DNA of 64,000 bases from a virus (Duplodnaviria > Heunggongvirae > Uroviricota > Caudoviricetes). Each line of letters begins with the position of its first letter. Position 1 is the stretch's first letter. The stretch lies in the IMG/VR virus record IMGVR_UViG_3300010355_000975; one strand, 5' to 3'. Made by a program: the position numbers and the translations under genes. The notes under the pieces were generated by a model that saw only the letters and a list, made by a program, of their open reading frames with translations, did not search any database and was not told the DNA's origin. Of the stretch, positions 36,474-46,190 are shown piece after piece.

Positions 36474-38513
36474 ATGCTCCCACTCCAAATAACTAATAAA
36501 TTAAATAAAATTAAATCCTCTTGCTTAGTGGTTGACTTGGAAACTAGTTCATTTTATCCAGATGGACGGGAAATAAATATTAAAACAAACTTCGATGACT
36601 ATGTACAAAATGCCCAAGTAAAGTGGTTCGGCGCATTTTCTTTCAAAAATAACAAATCCTACTACATAAATGCTATTACTCACCGTAATCAAATTGTTCA
36701 ATTATTAAAAGAACATGATGTATTAATTCATTTTAATGGAATTGAGTTTGATTTTCCTATTTTACAAAATAATGGAATGATATCATTAGGCAAACGATAT
36801 TTACAAGTTGATTTATGGGAAATTCTTGGTACAAGTGACCAAAAAAATCGAGCTGGTTATAAATTAAAAAATCGTGGCGAATTAATGAATTATGATTTTG
36901 CAAATAATTCATTGCGTCATATGGCCGAAGTGATGGGATTAGAAACACAAAAAGGAGAAATAGACTATACTCTGTTTCACAAAAACGAATGGACAGAAGA
37001 AGAAATCAATGAAATATTAGCATATTTGTCTGGTGATATTAATGTTGAGAAGGAAATGTTTCAAAAACTTTGGATATATTGGCTTCCTTTTGCAGAACTT
37101 TTAGATGAAAAATTTGTGTATGACCTAAGTTGGATGAGAAATTCCATAGCTTCTGTTACATATAAGGCGGCATGTAGGGTATTAGGCATAGAGCCAACAT
37201 ATAATGAAGGTAAAACAGAACCAGAAAATGTTGGGGGAAATGTCTTACTACCTAAATTAGAAGAAGCACAGGGTGTATGGTGTTTAGATTATGCTTCCCT
37301 TTATCCTCATGCCTTCAGTATGTGTAATCTTCATGCAGAGGTTAAAAAGGAAGATATTGATAAATATGAAAAAGTTTGGCATGGTAATGAAATTTTTCAA
37401 GTTAATGGGTATTATGATATTTCTGAATGGCATCCTTTAGCTAAATATATAGCTGAAAAACTTGAGGAGCGAGAAAAAATTAAGGCAGAGGATGAAACAC
37501 ATCCAATGGTATACACTTTAAAAATCCTACTTAATTCTTTTTATGGGGCTAGTAGATCACCAAAATTTGAAAAAATTCACACACCTAATTGTGGTGCAGA
37601 CTGTTGTAGAATTAGCCAACAAATTCAAAAATTTACAATGGATATGTTTGATCAATTTGGGTTTGAAACCATATATGGGGATACAGATTCCGTATTTATA
37701 TTAGCAAGAGAGCAAAAAAATAATACTAAAGAATATGTTCAGGAATGTATTAACCAAATTATTGATATTATAAAAGAGCATGCTCCTTTTCCAATTGACA
37801 CTTTTAAAATTAAAATTGAAAAATATATTGATTATATTATGTGGCCGTTTGATTATAAAGAAATTGTGGATAAAAAAATACGGGATTTATTAAATGAGGG
37901 TATTAGTGAGGGGTATGAAGAACGAATTGAAAATAAAAAGAAAGTTATTTTTGATAAAAATACTAATAAAGTAGTTAAAATAGGAAGGTCATGGGTAAAA
38001 GAAAGAACTGGAAAGAAAAAAAGTTATGCTTATATTTATGAAGATAAAGGGGAAACAAAAATTAAATTAGTTGGTCTTCCTATTACTAAATCAAATTCAA
38101 CCTTGCTTGGGCGAAAAATTTATAATGAAGATTTAAAAGATTTGATTTTACAAAAGAAAAATGCTAAATTCCCAAGGCAATTTATTAATAACATTTTAGA
38201 TAATTATTTAAAAAATTTAGAAACAATTAAATTATTTGCGGTTGAATATAAAGTAAAACCAATTTCGTCATATAAGATTCTAAAAGGAAAAACAGAATCA
38301 AATGTGATTCAAGCACAAATTAGTCGTGCTTATTGTAATGGTCAGGGGGGAATAGTTAATTTAATTAAAAATAAAAAAATTGGTAAAGCGGGTCTTGGAG
38401 AAAAATATTGCACTATTGATGAAGCATTAAGTACAAAATTATCAATAGAAGATATTGATTTAGAACGAATTATGAATGAACTGTCCCCATTTATTGAACA
38501 TCTTGACAAATAA
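36474..38513 (+). CDS. family B DNA polymerase
   Basis: ExoI 'VVDLETSSF'. Motif A 'LDYASLYPHAF'. Motif B 'KILLNSFYG'. Motif C 'TIYGDTDSVFI'. Confidence 0.85.
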   Translation: MLPLQITNKLNKIKSSCLVVDLETSSFYPDGREINIKTNFDDYVQNAQVKWFGAFSFKNNKSYYINAITHRNQIVQLLKEHDVLIHFNGIEFDFPILQNNGMISLGKRYLQVDLWEILGTSDQKNRAGYKLKNRGELMNYDFANNSLRHMAEVMGLETQKGEIDYTLFHKNEWTEEEINEILAYLSGDINVEKEMFQKLWIYWLPFAELLDEKFVYDLSWMRNSIASVTYKAACRVLGIEPTYNEGKTEPENVGGNVLLPKLEEAQGVWCLDYASLYPHAFSMCNLHAEVKKEDIDKYEKVWHGNEIFQVNGYYDISEWHPLAKYIAEKLEEREKIKAEDETHPMVYTLKILLNSFYGASRSPKFEKIHTPNCGADCCRISQQIQKFTMDMFDQFGFETIYGDTDSVFILAREQKNNTKEYVQECINQIIDIIKEHAPFPIDTFKIKIEKYIDYIMWPFDYKEIVDKKIRDLLNEGISEGYEERIENKKKVIFDKNTNKVVKIGRSWVKERTGKKKSYAYIYEDKGETKIKLVGLPITKSNSTLLGRKIYNEDLKDLILQKKNAKFPRQFINNILDNYLKNLETIKLFAVEYKVKPISSYKILKGKTESNVIQAQISRAYCNGQGGIVNLIKNKKIGKAGLGEKYCTIDEALSTKLSIEDIDLERIMNELSPFIEHLDK

Positions 38514-38532
38514 ATCATCTATATGTTATACT
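38503..38532 (+). promoter_or_regulatory. promoter TTGACA-N18-TATACTTTA (family member 4)
   Basis: ttgacaaataaatcatctatatgtTATACTtta overlaps the 3' end of polB. Confidence 0.55.
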
Positions 38533-38553
38533 TTAGGTAAGAATGGAGGAAAA

Positions 38554-38979
38554 ATGACTAATACTGAAATTATTTTAAAAGTTATCACGAAAGCAGTTGC
38601 AAATGGTTGGAACGACGAACAACGTATTACTTATCAATTTGATAAATTTCTTAAAAATATGGATAGGTGGTTATATAATATTATTTTTTCTCACGAATTT
38701 GCAAAATCATTTTGGGGTAATGGATATATTAAAATTTCAGATGGCTCTGTTTGGTGTGATGGTCAGAAAATCGCAAAAAATTTAGAAGAATTACAGGAAT
38801 CTGTTAATAGTGTTGATGACGAACAACTACGAGAATTAAAAATAAATGGAGTTACTATGATTAGTTCTTTTTCATATTATGAAATTAATCCTACAATTTA
38901 TATAAATAATTGGCAATACCATCTTCAGCAAATGGTATTAGAAGAAAATCCATTAAAATATTTGGAGAAATTTTTATGA
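38554..38979 (+). CDS. hypothetical protein
   Basis: RBS GAATGGAGGAAAAATG. Confidence 0.45.
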   Translation: MTNTEIILKVITKAVANGWNDEQRITYQFDKFLKNMDRWLYNIIFSHEFAKSFWGNGYIKISDGSVWCDGQKIAKNLEELQESVNSVDDEQLRELKINGVTMISSFSYYEINPTIYINNWQYHLQQMVLEENPLKYLEKFL

Positions 38980-39191
38980 AAAAATTATTTTTAATGTTAT
39001 TTATATTTTTTATAGTAGGATGTAAATATGATCAAAATGATTTTTTAAATGAACAAAAACAAATTTATAATAATGAGTCATGTTTTTGTCAATGCCAAAT
39101 GGATAATTCATTAAATTATAGTATTTTAGGAACATATAATTATGAAATATTACAATGTTATCAACTTTGTGATTTAAAAGGAGATAAATAA
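38976..39191 (+). CDS. small lipoprotein (Cys-rich)
   Basis: MKKLFLMLFIFFIVGC lipobox. Confidence 0.45.
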   Translation: MKKLFLMLFIFFIVGCKYDQNDFLNEQKQIYNNESCFCQCQMDNSLNYSILGTYNYEILQCYQLCDLKGDK

Positions 39192-39336
39192 TACAAAAAT
39201 TATAACCTATTATGGTAATATAATAATACTAATGTATCAGCAAGGTTATAATGAGGGATATTCCGATTGTAAGATTGCAATCTCTAAGATGGTTTATGAA
39301 ATAATTAAACGAAGTTCTTATATAAAGGATAACTAA

Positions 39337-39540
39337 ATGTTAATTTTTTGGCTTATTTGTTCATTTTTTACATACGGTATTGTTTTTGCCTATTTACAAA
39401 ATATTTATAAAGAAATTGCTTGTATTTCTTATTGGGATAATGCAGAAGACGCTTTTTTAATATCTGTCCTTGGGCCAATTGGATTAATTATTGCAATTTA
39501 TAAATCAGAATATTGTAAATACGGGTTAAAATGGATATGA
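39337..39540 (+). CDS. small membrane protein (2 TM)
   Basis: Hydrophobic ORF. Confidence 0.4.
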   Translation: MLIFWLICSFFTYGIVFAYLQNIYKEIACISYWDNAEDAFLISVLGPIGLIIAIYKSEYCKYGLKWI

Positions 39541-39725
39541 AAAAATTAATTAAACGAATCAAAAAGGATGATTTAAATGATGAACAATTATTAAAAGATG
39601 TTATGATTACTTTATTAATTAAAGTTGATCAAATTTATAAATTATTAAATAAACCATCACCAAATTGTCAAACTGACCCATTTAAATTAAAAGATGGAGA
39701 TATTTTGATAGGAGAGAATGAATGA
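39531..39725 (+). CDS. small hypothetical protein
   Basis: ORF with overlapping starts. Confidence 0.4.
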   Translation: MDMKKLIKRIKKDDLNDEQLLKDVMITLLIKVDQIYKLLNKPSPNCQTDPFKLKDGDILIGENE

Positions 39726-40357
39726 AAAAATGGCTGATAAGCCTTTTGTTTATTGGGTTATTATTAATTCCAAAATATTTAACCGCAACTAATATAACCG
39801 AAGAAGAATTAAATGAATTTACAGTGCGAATTTTTATAATTTCAAAAGAAAATGACATAATAGGTGGCTGTACTGGCGTGATAGTTGAAAATTATAGAAA
39901 TTCTGCAATTGTTTTAACTGCTAAGCATTGTATTTGTGATGATACTTATGCTATAATTAATAATCAAGTAATGATTAAAAAAGTAGACGATTCTTTTACA
40001 GATTTACAATTATTATATTTTAATCAACAGGTTTTAAATAAAAGACCTGTCGAAATTAGTAATTATGTACCTAGATATAATGAAAAAATTTATACCTTGG
40101 GAATGCCATCAAATAAAAAACGGTTTTACATGGGTAAATTTTTACATAAAAGAAATAATAGTGAAGATATTTATAAATTATTATCTATTTCGGGGTGTAG
40201 TGGAAGTGGAATTTTTACTGCAAATAAACAATTGGTTGGCATTATTAGCCAAGATTATTATTGGGAAGATAATGATGGAAAAATTAAGCATTATACTATT
40301 GCTGTATCATTAAAAAATATTAAAAGATTTTTAAAAATGAATCGTTGTTTAAAATAG
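39722..40357 (+). CDS. secreted trypsin-like (S1) serine protease
   Basis: Signal peptide. His 'LTAKHCI'. Ser 'GCSGSGIF'. Confidence 0.6.
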   Translation: MKKWLISLLFIGLLLIPKYLTATNITEEELNEFTVRIFIISKENDIIGGCTGVIVENYRNSAIVLTAKHCICDDTYAIINNQVMIKKVDDSFTDLQLLYFNQQVLNKRPVEISNYVPRYNEKIYTLGMPSNKKRFYMGKFLHKRNNSEDIYKLLSISGCSGSGIFTANKQLVGIISQDYYWEDNDGKIKHYTIAVSLKNIKRFLKMNRCLK

Positions 40358-40363
40358 GAAAAA

Positions 40364-40744
40364 ATGATTAAATTATTTTTATCAATTTTATTTGCTTGGA
40401 TATTAGGTAAAGAACGCAAACATCATAATAAATCCGGTGGTAGTAGATCATTGGCTATTTTATGTATGTCTGCTTGTTTAACAGCGATGCTTTCTTTAAA
40501 AATGAGCGAAGTCTATTCTTTTGATTTAATGAGATTGATGCAAGGAACAATTCAAGGGATGGGTATATTAGGGATGGCATTAATTTTTAAAAATAAAGGA
40601 GAGATTGAAGGATTAACTAGTGCTTCAAGTATGTTTTTTATAATTATTTTAGGATTTATAATTGGATTAGGGCTATATTATTATGCTGTATTAAGTTTTA
40701 TATTAGTATATTTAATTTTAGAAAGTAAATACTGGTTAAAATAA
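40364..40744 (+). CDS. MgtC/SapB family membrane protein
   Basis: 'LGKERKHHNKSGGSRSLAILCMSACL' matches the MgtC N-terminal consensus. Confidence 0.55.
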   Translation: MIKLFLSILFAWILGKERKHHNKSGGSRSLAILCMSACLTAMLSLKMSEVYSFDLMRLMQGTIQGMGILGMALIFKNKGEIEGLTSASSMFFIIILGFIIGLGLYYYAVLSFILVYLILESKYWLK

Positions 40745-40753
40745 AGGAGCCTT

Positions 40754-41527
40754 ATGCGACCAAAAATTTTATTGTTAGATATTGAAACTTTTCCAAACCA
40801 AGGTTATATTTGGAATATTTGGAACGAAGTTAAAAGTATGGAATTTGTTGAACGGCATTGGTATATAATGTGTTGGTGCGCTAAATGGTTAGGCGAAAAA
40901 GAGATCATGTCATCAGCTTTACCAGATTTTAAAAAGGAATACTCACAAAATCCAGAAAATGATAAAAAAATTTTAGAAAAAATGTGGACGTTATTAGATC
41001 AGACCGATATTATTATTGCACATAATGGGCGAAAATTTGATATTAAAAAATTGAACACTCGATTTCTATATCATGGCATGACACCCCCATCTCCTTATAG
41101 AATTATAGATACGCTTGAAGTAGCGAGAAGTACTTTTTCATTTACATCTAATAGGTTAGATGATTTGGGAGAATTTTTGGGGGTAGGAAGAAAGGTCAAG
41201 CATGGTGGTTTTAAAGAATTGTGGCGAACCTGTCATATGGGTGCTACTTTATTTTGGAGTAAAATGGTTCGATACTGTAAAGGAGATGTTCGATTGCTCG
41301 AAAAAGTTTACAAAAAATTATTGCCTTATATTAATACACATCCAAATTTAGGCACTTATATTGATGATGATCAGCCACGATGCAAAAACTGTGGTTCAAA
41401 GGATTTACTTAAACAAGGGTTTCAATACACTAATTTTGGAAAGTATCAACAGTATTCTTGTAAAAAATGTGGAAGTTGGATGAAAGGTAGACAAAATCTA
41501 TTAATTAATAAAGTGAAAGTAAATTAA
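40754..41527 (+). CDS. RNase H-like 3'-5' exonuclease (DnaQ/PolB-exo-like) with C-terminal zinc ribbon
   Basis: 'LLLDIETFPN', 'IIIAHNGRKFDIKKL', C-terminal 'CKNCGSK...CKKCGSW'. Confidence 0.5.
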   Translation: MRPKILLLDIETFPNQGYIWNIWNEVKSMEFVERHWYIMCWCAKWLGEKEIMSSALPDFKKEYSQNPENDKKILEKMWTLLDQTDIIIAHNGRKFDIKKLNTRFLYHGMTPPSPYRIIDTLEVARSTFSFTSNRLDDLGEFLGVGRKVKHGGFKELWRTCHMGATLFWSKMVRYCKGDVRLLEKVYKKLLPYINTHPNLGTYIDDDQPRCKNCGSKDLLKQGFQYTNFGKYQQYSCKKCGSWMKGRQNLLINKVKVN

Positions 41528-41695
41528 TGAAATTCAAAATTGAATACATTGTTAAGCATGAATTAAGAGAGAAATTTATTATAGCAAAAGATTTAGTAGA
41601 AGCAGAAGAAAGAGCCAATAAAACAATTAAAAATTGGATCAACATTTATGAAGCAGATTTTAAAATGGGAGATGATGTAAAAAGGAGAAGAACCA

Positions 41696-41881
41696 ATGAT
41701 TGATGTACGAGTAGAATCAAGCAGAAATAAAGAAGAGCAGGATAAATTATTTGATAAAGCAGTTCGCCAATTTAAAAAATTATGTAATTCTGATGGTTTT
41801 TTAAAAGAAATCCAAGATAGACGGTATTATAGTAAACCATCGGAAAAACGCCGAATGAAACAACGCCTTAATAAGGAATAA
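41696..41881 (+). CDS. rpsU: ribosomal protein bS21 homolog
   Basis: 'FDKAVRQFKKLCNSDGFLKEIQDRRYYSKPSEKRRMK' aligns to bacterial S21 '[29 protein letters not shown]'. Confidence 0.75.
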   Translation: MIDVRVESSRNKEEQDKLFDKAVRQFKKLCNSDGFLKEIQDRRYYSKPSEKRRMKQRLNKE

Positions 41882-41884
41882 ATT

Positions 41885-42067
41885 ATGCCTATTTATAATT
41901 ATCAATGTTCAAACTGTGAATTTCACATTAATTATTATTTAGCAATTAATGAACGAAATAGAGAATTTGAGTGTCCTATTTGTGGGCAAAAGTTGATTAA
42001 ATTAATTGGCGAAGGAAAGGCGTTTAATTTTAAAGGCGATGGTTTTTATAAAAAAGGTTGGCAATAA
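41885..42067 (+). CDS. FmdB-family zinc ribbon protein
   Basis: 'YNYQCSNCEF...FECPICGQ'. Confidence 0.55.
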   Translation: MPIYNYQCSNCEFHINYYLAINERNREFECPICGQKLIKLIGEGKAFNFKGDGFYKKGWQ

Positions 42068-42390
42068 TGAAATCTATATCAGTTGATGCATGTTTGGAAG
42101 ACTTGATTGTTTATTTGCGGAAAAATAAAGATTTGATCTGTGAATTGAATATTTCATTTTTAGATGAAGAAGGCAAAAATTATTCGCCAAAAGTTTTACA
42201 ATTTTGTTCTGATGGCACAACTATAACGGATGAACCCGTTGCCCAAGAGATAACTATTACATTAAATTATGATAATAATGTTATTTGTAATGATAAATAC
42301 AAACCAGCAACTTTAGCTAGTATTGAACGTGGTATTAAAGATGCGGCAGAAGGAAAAGTTCACAATTTTGACCCCGATAAAAATCTTTAA
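42058..42390 (+). CDS. hypothetical protein
   Basis: ORF. Confidence 0.45.
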   Translation: MAIMKSISVDACLEDLIVYLRKNKDLICELNISFLDEEGKNYSPKVLQFCSDGTTITDEPVAQEITITLNYDNNVICNDKYKPATLASIERGIKDAAEGKVHNFDPDKNL

Positions 42391-42407
42391 AAAGGTAAAA
42401 GATAGTA

Positions 42408-43664
42408 ATGAAATTATTAAAAGCACAATTAAAAAATATTCAATTACATGAATTTTTTGAAATTGAATTCCAACCCGGATTAAATGTGATTTCTGGATTA
42501 TCTGGTACGGGAAAAACAGGATTGTATCGTGGCATTTGTTGGTGTCTTGGTTTTTCAGATATTTCTTTTGATGACATTCGTACAGAAGGCAAGACAGAAT
42601 GTTCTGTTAAATTGTGGTTAGATAATGGATTTCAAGTAGAACGATACCGCAATACTGCCAATGTCAATAGATACATTCTTTCTAAAGAAGGTTGTGAAGA
42701 TAAAATCTTTGATAGTGTTGGCAAAACTTTACCAGAAGATATTCAGCAAGTTATAGGTATGAGTGAAATTGAGGTAGAAGATACAAAAATTAATTTAAAC
42801 TTTGCTTCTCAAGATGATCTAAATTTTTTATTTGCCAAAGAAATTAAATCTACTTTTCGAGCCAAATTATTCAATAAATTAATTGGGCAAGAAAAAATGG
42901 ATACTATTTTTAAAGAATGTAATAAAGATGCTTTACGAACTTCTAAAGAAATAAAAGAAACAGAAGCCGAAATTGAAAAAAAAGAAAATGAATTAAGTGA
43001 ATGCTCTGAATTATATAAACAAGCAAAAACAAAATTAGATAGCATTTTATCTAAATGGAATAAAGTGCAGGAAGATATTAAACTTTATGAAACAATAAAG
43101 GAATTGGCTGATAAAATTCAAACAAATAAAGAGGCTCAAGAATTTGTTGCTTTTAAAATCTCCCAAATAAAAACGGTTGCTGATTCCAAAATAACTGATT
43201 TAAAAAAGACAGCAAATGAATTATCCATTTTGAATACTTTGGCCAATTCTTTAAATGAAATCAATCATAAACTAGAAGAAGTCGCTTATCAAAAAAGTAA
43301 AATAAAATGTGTCAATGTTGACTTTAAAGCATTAAAAGAAAAAGCCGAAAAATTAAATGATATATCAGAATTAATCAATAAAGCAATTACTTTACATAAT
43401 CAACAAGAGGAAATTACTCAAAAAATAAAACAGATTAAAATTGTTGATGTAAATTTTGAAGAGTTAAAAAAGAAAGCCACCACATTAAAACAATTAAATG
43501 AAGTGGTTAATAAATTAAATGAGAATGAAATAAAACAAGAACAGAACCAGCAAGAAGCACAAAAGATTGATAAATTGATTAATGATACAATAAAAGAATT
43601 AAATGAACTGTGGAAACAATGCCCCCTTTGCCCATTGTGCAAACAGGAGATTAAGAAATCATGA
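42408..43664 (+). CDS. Rad50/SbcC-like ATPase, N-terminal half (Walker A + coiled coil, ending at the zinc hook)
   Basis: 'NVISGLSGTGKTG' Walker A. A long heptad-rich coiled coil. Terminal 'CPLCPLCKQE' (CPxC hook). Confidence 0.65.
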   Translation: MKLLKAQLKNIQLHEFFEIEFQPGLNVISGLSGTGKTGLYRGICWCLGFSDISFDDIRTEGKTECSVKLWLDNGFQVERYRNTANVNRYILSKEGCEDKIFDSVGKTLPEDIQQVIGMSEIEVEDTKINLNFASQDDLNFLFAKEIKSTFRAKLFNKLIGQEKMDTIFKECNKDALRTSKEIKETEAEIEKKENELSECSELYKQAKTKLDSILSKWNKVQEDIKLYETIKELADKIQTNKEAQEFVAFKISQIKTVADSKITDLKKTANELSILNTLANSLNEINHKLEEVAYQKSKIKCVNVDFKALKEKAEKLNDISELINKAITLHNQQEEITQKIKQIKIVDVNFEELKKKATTLKQLNEVVNKLNENEIKQEQNQQEAQKIDKLINDTIKELNELWKQCPLCPLCKQEIKKS

Positions 43665-43939
43665 AACTTAAATGTAAATGTGGAAGGGTTGCTACATGGC
43701 TTTATATGCCGAATGAGTCGCATTATTGTTGTGATGATTGTGTTCCCAGAGGATGTACTTGCTGGATAGAGTCAATTGAATGTGAAGATGGTAGTTTATA
43801 TTATCCACAAGGAATAGAAGGAAAAGATTGGAAGTGGATTGAAGAAAATCAATTATGGGAAAAATTAGATGGCGAAGGAAAACAAATGCCATGTTGTGAA
43901 TGGTGGTATGATGAAGAAGGATGGGATAATGAGGCGTAA
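43661..43939 (+). CDS. Cys-rich hypothetical protein
   Basis: 'KCKCGRVATWLY...YCCDDCVPRGCTCW'. Confidence 0.45.
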   Translation: MKLKCKCGRVATWLYMPNESHYCCDDCVPRGCTCWIESIECEDGSLYYPQGIEGKDWKWIEENQLWEKLDGEGKQMPCCEWWYDEEGWDNEA

Positions 43940-44081
43940 ATGTCAATGTGGCAAGTGGATTGATGAATATTATGATCCAGCACAACAAGATTGGATTTAT
44001 TGTGTTCCTGATGATTGTGTATGTATGCAAAATCGCATAGAAATGGAAATTTTATTTAAAAATGAAAACAACGATGAGTAA
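43929..44081 (+). CDS. Cys-rich hypothetical protein (paralog of 43661..43939)
   Basis: 'KCQCGKWIDEYY...YCVPDDCVCM'. Confidence 0.4.
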   Translation: MRRKCQCGKWIDEYYDPAQQDWIYCVPDDCVCMQNRIEMEILFKNENNDE

Positions 44082-44316
44082 ATTTTTAGAGTTTAAACAA
44101 ATTCCTTATGAAGGTAAAACTAAACGATTTGAAGTTATATCGATCAAGCATGAATATTGTTTAGGTAGAATTTCTTGGTATGGAGCATGGCGGCAATACA
44201 CTTTTAGTCCGGCCTCTAATACAGTTTGGAATAAAGATTGTTTAAAAGATATTCAAAATTTTTTAGAAGCACTAATGATTGAAAGAAAAATAAATCAGGA
44301 TAAAAATAATGGGTAA
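44062..44316 (+). CDS. hypothetical protein
   Basis: ORF. Confidence 0.4.
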   Translation: MKTTMSKFLEFKQIPYEGKTKRFEVISIKHEYCLGRISWYGAWRQYTFSPASNTVWNKDCLKDIQNFLEALMIERKINQDKNNG

Positions 44317-45238
44317 ATTTTTAATTTTTCAAGATTTTCATATTTCTGGTGTCAATTCCCGTAATCGCTTAGGTGATTACTTTGGCGATTGTGTATTAAA
44401 ATTAAAAGAAATTGTTGAAATTGCTAAACAAAACAATTGTGAAGCAATTATGGACAACGGCGATTTATTGGAAACTAAAAATCCATCATATAATGTGATT
44501 GATACAATTGCCGACATTATTGAAGAAGGGGGAATTCCTCTTTATTCTTTATTAGGCAATCATGCAATGAGCTACGGACATATTGAAAATAGTGGAAGTA
44601 CTGGACTAAAACATTTACAAAATAGGAGTAAATTATTTCATTATTTGGATAGATTAACAGATAATTTTAAAACATATGATATTAGAGGATTTGAGTATTA
44701 TTTTGGAATTGAAGAAGAATTAAAAAAGGGAATTTATTGGCAAGAAAAGAATGATGATAAAATTTTCAAAGTTGCTGTTATTCACGCAATGATTACTCCT
44801 ACAAAATTTTTTGAAAAAACATTCTATGTAATGCCAGAACAAATTAAAACAAATGCCAATTTAGTGGTTTGTGGGCATTATCATACACCATTTTATAAAA
44901 AGGTAGGTAATACGGAATTTGTGAACATTGGTTGTATTGGTAGATTAAACATAAATGAGGCAAAAATAGAACCGTCTGTGTTATTATTAGACACTGATAA
45001 AAGAAATTGGAAAATTATCAAACTTAAATCAGCTAAACCAGCCAATCAAATTTTTGATTTAGATCATTATGATGAATTAAAAAAAGAAGAAAAAAGTATT
45101 GAAGATTTTATTAATTCATTAAAATCAGTTAATTTTCAAGGAATGGAATTAGGCGAACAAATTGTAAAGGGTGGTAAAGAAAATAATGTTAAACAAACCA
45201 CGGTGGATTATTTATTGGAGAAATTAAATGAAAAATAA
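44309..45238 (+). CDS. Mre11/SbcD-like nuclease (calcineurin-like phosphoesterase)
   Basis: 'FQDFHISG', 'DNGDLLE', 'GNHA', 'CGHYHTP' motifs. Confidence 0.7.
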   Translation: MGKFLIFQDFHISGVNSRNRLGDYFGDCVLKLKEIVEIAKQNNCEAIMDNGDLLETKNPSYNVIDTIADIIEEGGIPLYSLLGNHAMSYGHIENSGSTGLKHLQNRSKLFHYLDRLTDNFKTYDIRGFEYYFGIEEELKKGIYWQEKNDDKIFKVAVIHAMITPTKFFEKTFYVMPEQIKTNANLVVCGHYHTPFYKKVGNTEFVNIGCIGRLNINEAKIEPSVLLLDTDKRNWKIIKLKSAKPANQIFDLDHYDELKKEEKSIEDFINSLKSVNFQGMELGEQIVKGGKENNVKQTTVDYLLEKLNEK

Positions 45239-45446
45239 TGCAAAGAAATGTTTGGGATGCCATAATCCAATTGAAGAAGATTATTTCTTTTGTTCATTAA
45301 CCTGTATGATTCTTTGTGGGTTTATGTCATGCAGAACAGATCAGCCAAAAAGAAATGTAAAAGAATTAGAAAATCAATCTGTTATTGATGGGTTTCTTAA
45401 CAATCCACCAGTAAGAGGAAATTATCCAGATAAAGATAAATTCTAA
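45228..45446 (+). CDS. Cys-rich hypothetical protein
   Basis: 'CLGCHNP...CSLTCMILCGFMSC'. Confidence 0.4.
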   Translation: MKNNAKKCLGCHNPIEEDYFFCSLTCMILCGFMSCRTDQPKRNVKELENQSVIDGFLNNPPVRGNYPDKDKF

Positions 45447-45457
45447 GGAGAAAATAA

Positions 45458-45685
45458 ATGGAAATTATTGAGCGAATCCAATCATTAGAAACAAAAAATA
45501 ATAATGCTAAACTAGAAAAAGCTAAATTAGAAGAAAGAGATAAAGGATTAAAAGAGGAAAAAGAAAAATTTCTTACATCTTTAAAAGATTTAAGCATTAA
45601 AGAAGATGAATTAATTTCAACCAGAGATAAATTAGAAACTGAATTAAATGATCAGCTTGATAAAATTGAGGAGGAATTAAAATGA
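45458..45685 (+). CDS. coiled-coil protein
   Basis: RBS AAGGAGAAAATAAATG. Heptad-rich K/E sequence. Confidence 0.4.
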   Translation: MEIIERIQSLETKNNNAKLEKAKLEERDKGLKEEKEKFLTSLKDLSIKEDELISTRDKLETELNDQLDKIEEELK

Positions 45686-45867
45686 TAAAAACAAACAATA
45701 AAAAATCGTTGGGAAAGTTCATTATCGCACCAGTGGCATTGCGAAGATTGGCTAATGTAATTCAAAAAAATTATAAAACAAATAGGAATTGCCAAATTAA
45801 GATATATAGTTGCCCTTATAATACTTCTAAAACATTAGGTTTTCTTATTGAAAAGGAATTAAAATAA
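45682..45867 (+). CDS. small basic protein
   Basis: RBS GAGGAGGAATTAAAATG. Confidence 0.35.
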   Translation: MIKTNNKKSLGKFIIAPVALRRLANVIQKNYKTNRNCQIKIYSCPYNTSKTLGFLIEKELK

Positions 45868-46190
45868 TGGATTTTATTGATAAAGAAGTAAAAAGTTATA
45901 TTGGCGAAAATTTTTGTCCGAAATGTAAAAAATCGTATGTCTATTTTGGCGATGTACCCGAGGGTGGATTTCTTAAAGGACAAGAACCATATTGTGTTTG
46001 TAATCAACCAAAAAATTGTTATCCCGGAGATTTCACGCCAACAGATTACCAAATAGGCAAGAATCACACTATACCCTCTTCAAATCCCTTTCAACAAATT
46101 GGGTGGGAATGCCCTGTTTGTGGAAGAGGAGTTAATCCAAATTTATCAAGCTGTCCATGCCAAACTGAACCAAATGGAATGTCAGCATGA
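45867..46190 (+). CDS. zinc-ribbon protein
   Basis: 'CPKCKKSY...CVCNQ...CPVCGRG...CPC'. Confidence 0.45.
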   Translation: MDFIDKEVKSYIGENFCPKCKKSYVYFGDVPEGGFLKGQEPYCVCNQPKNCYPGDFTPTDYQIGKNHTIPSSNPFQQIGWECPVCGRGVNPNLSSCPCQTEPNGMSA

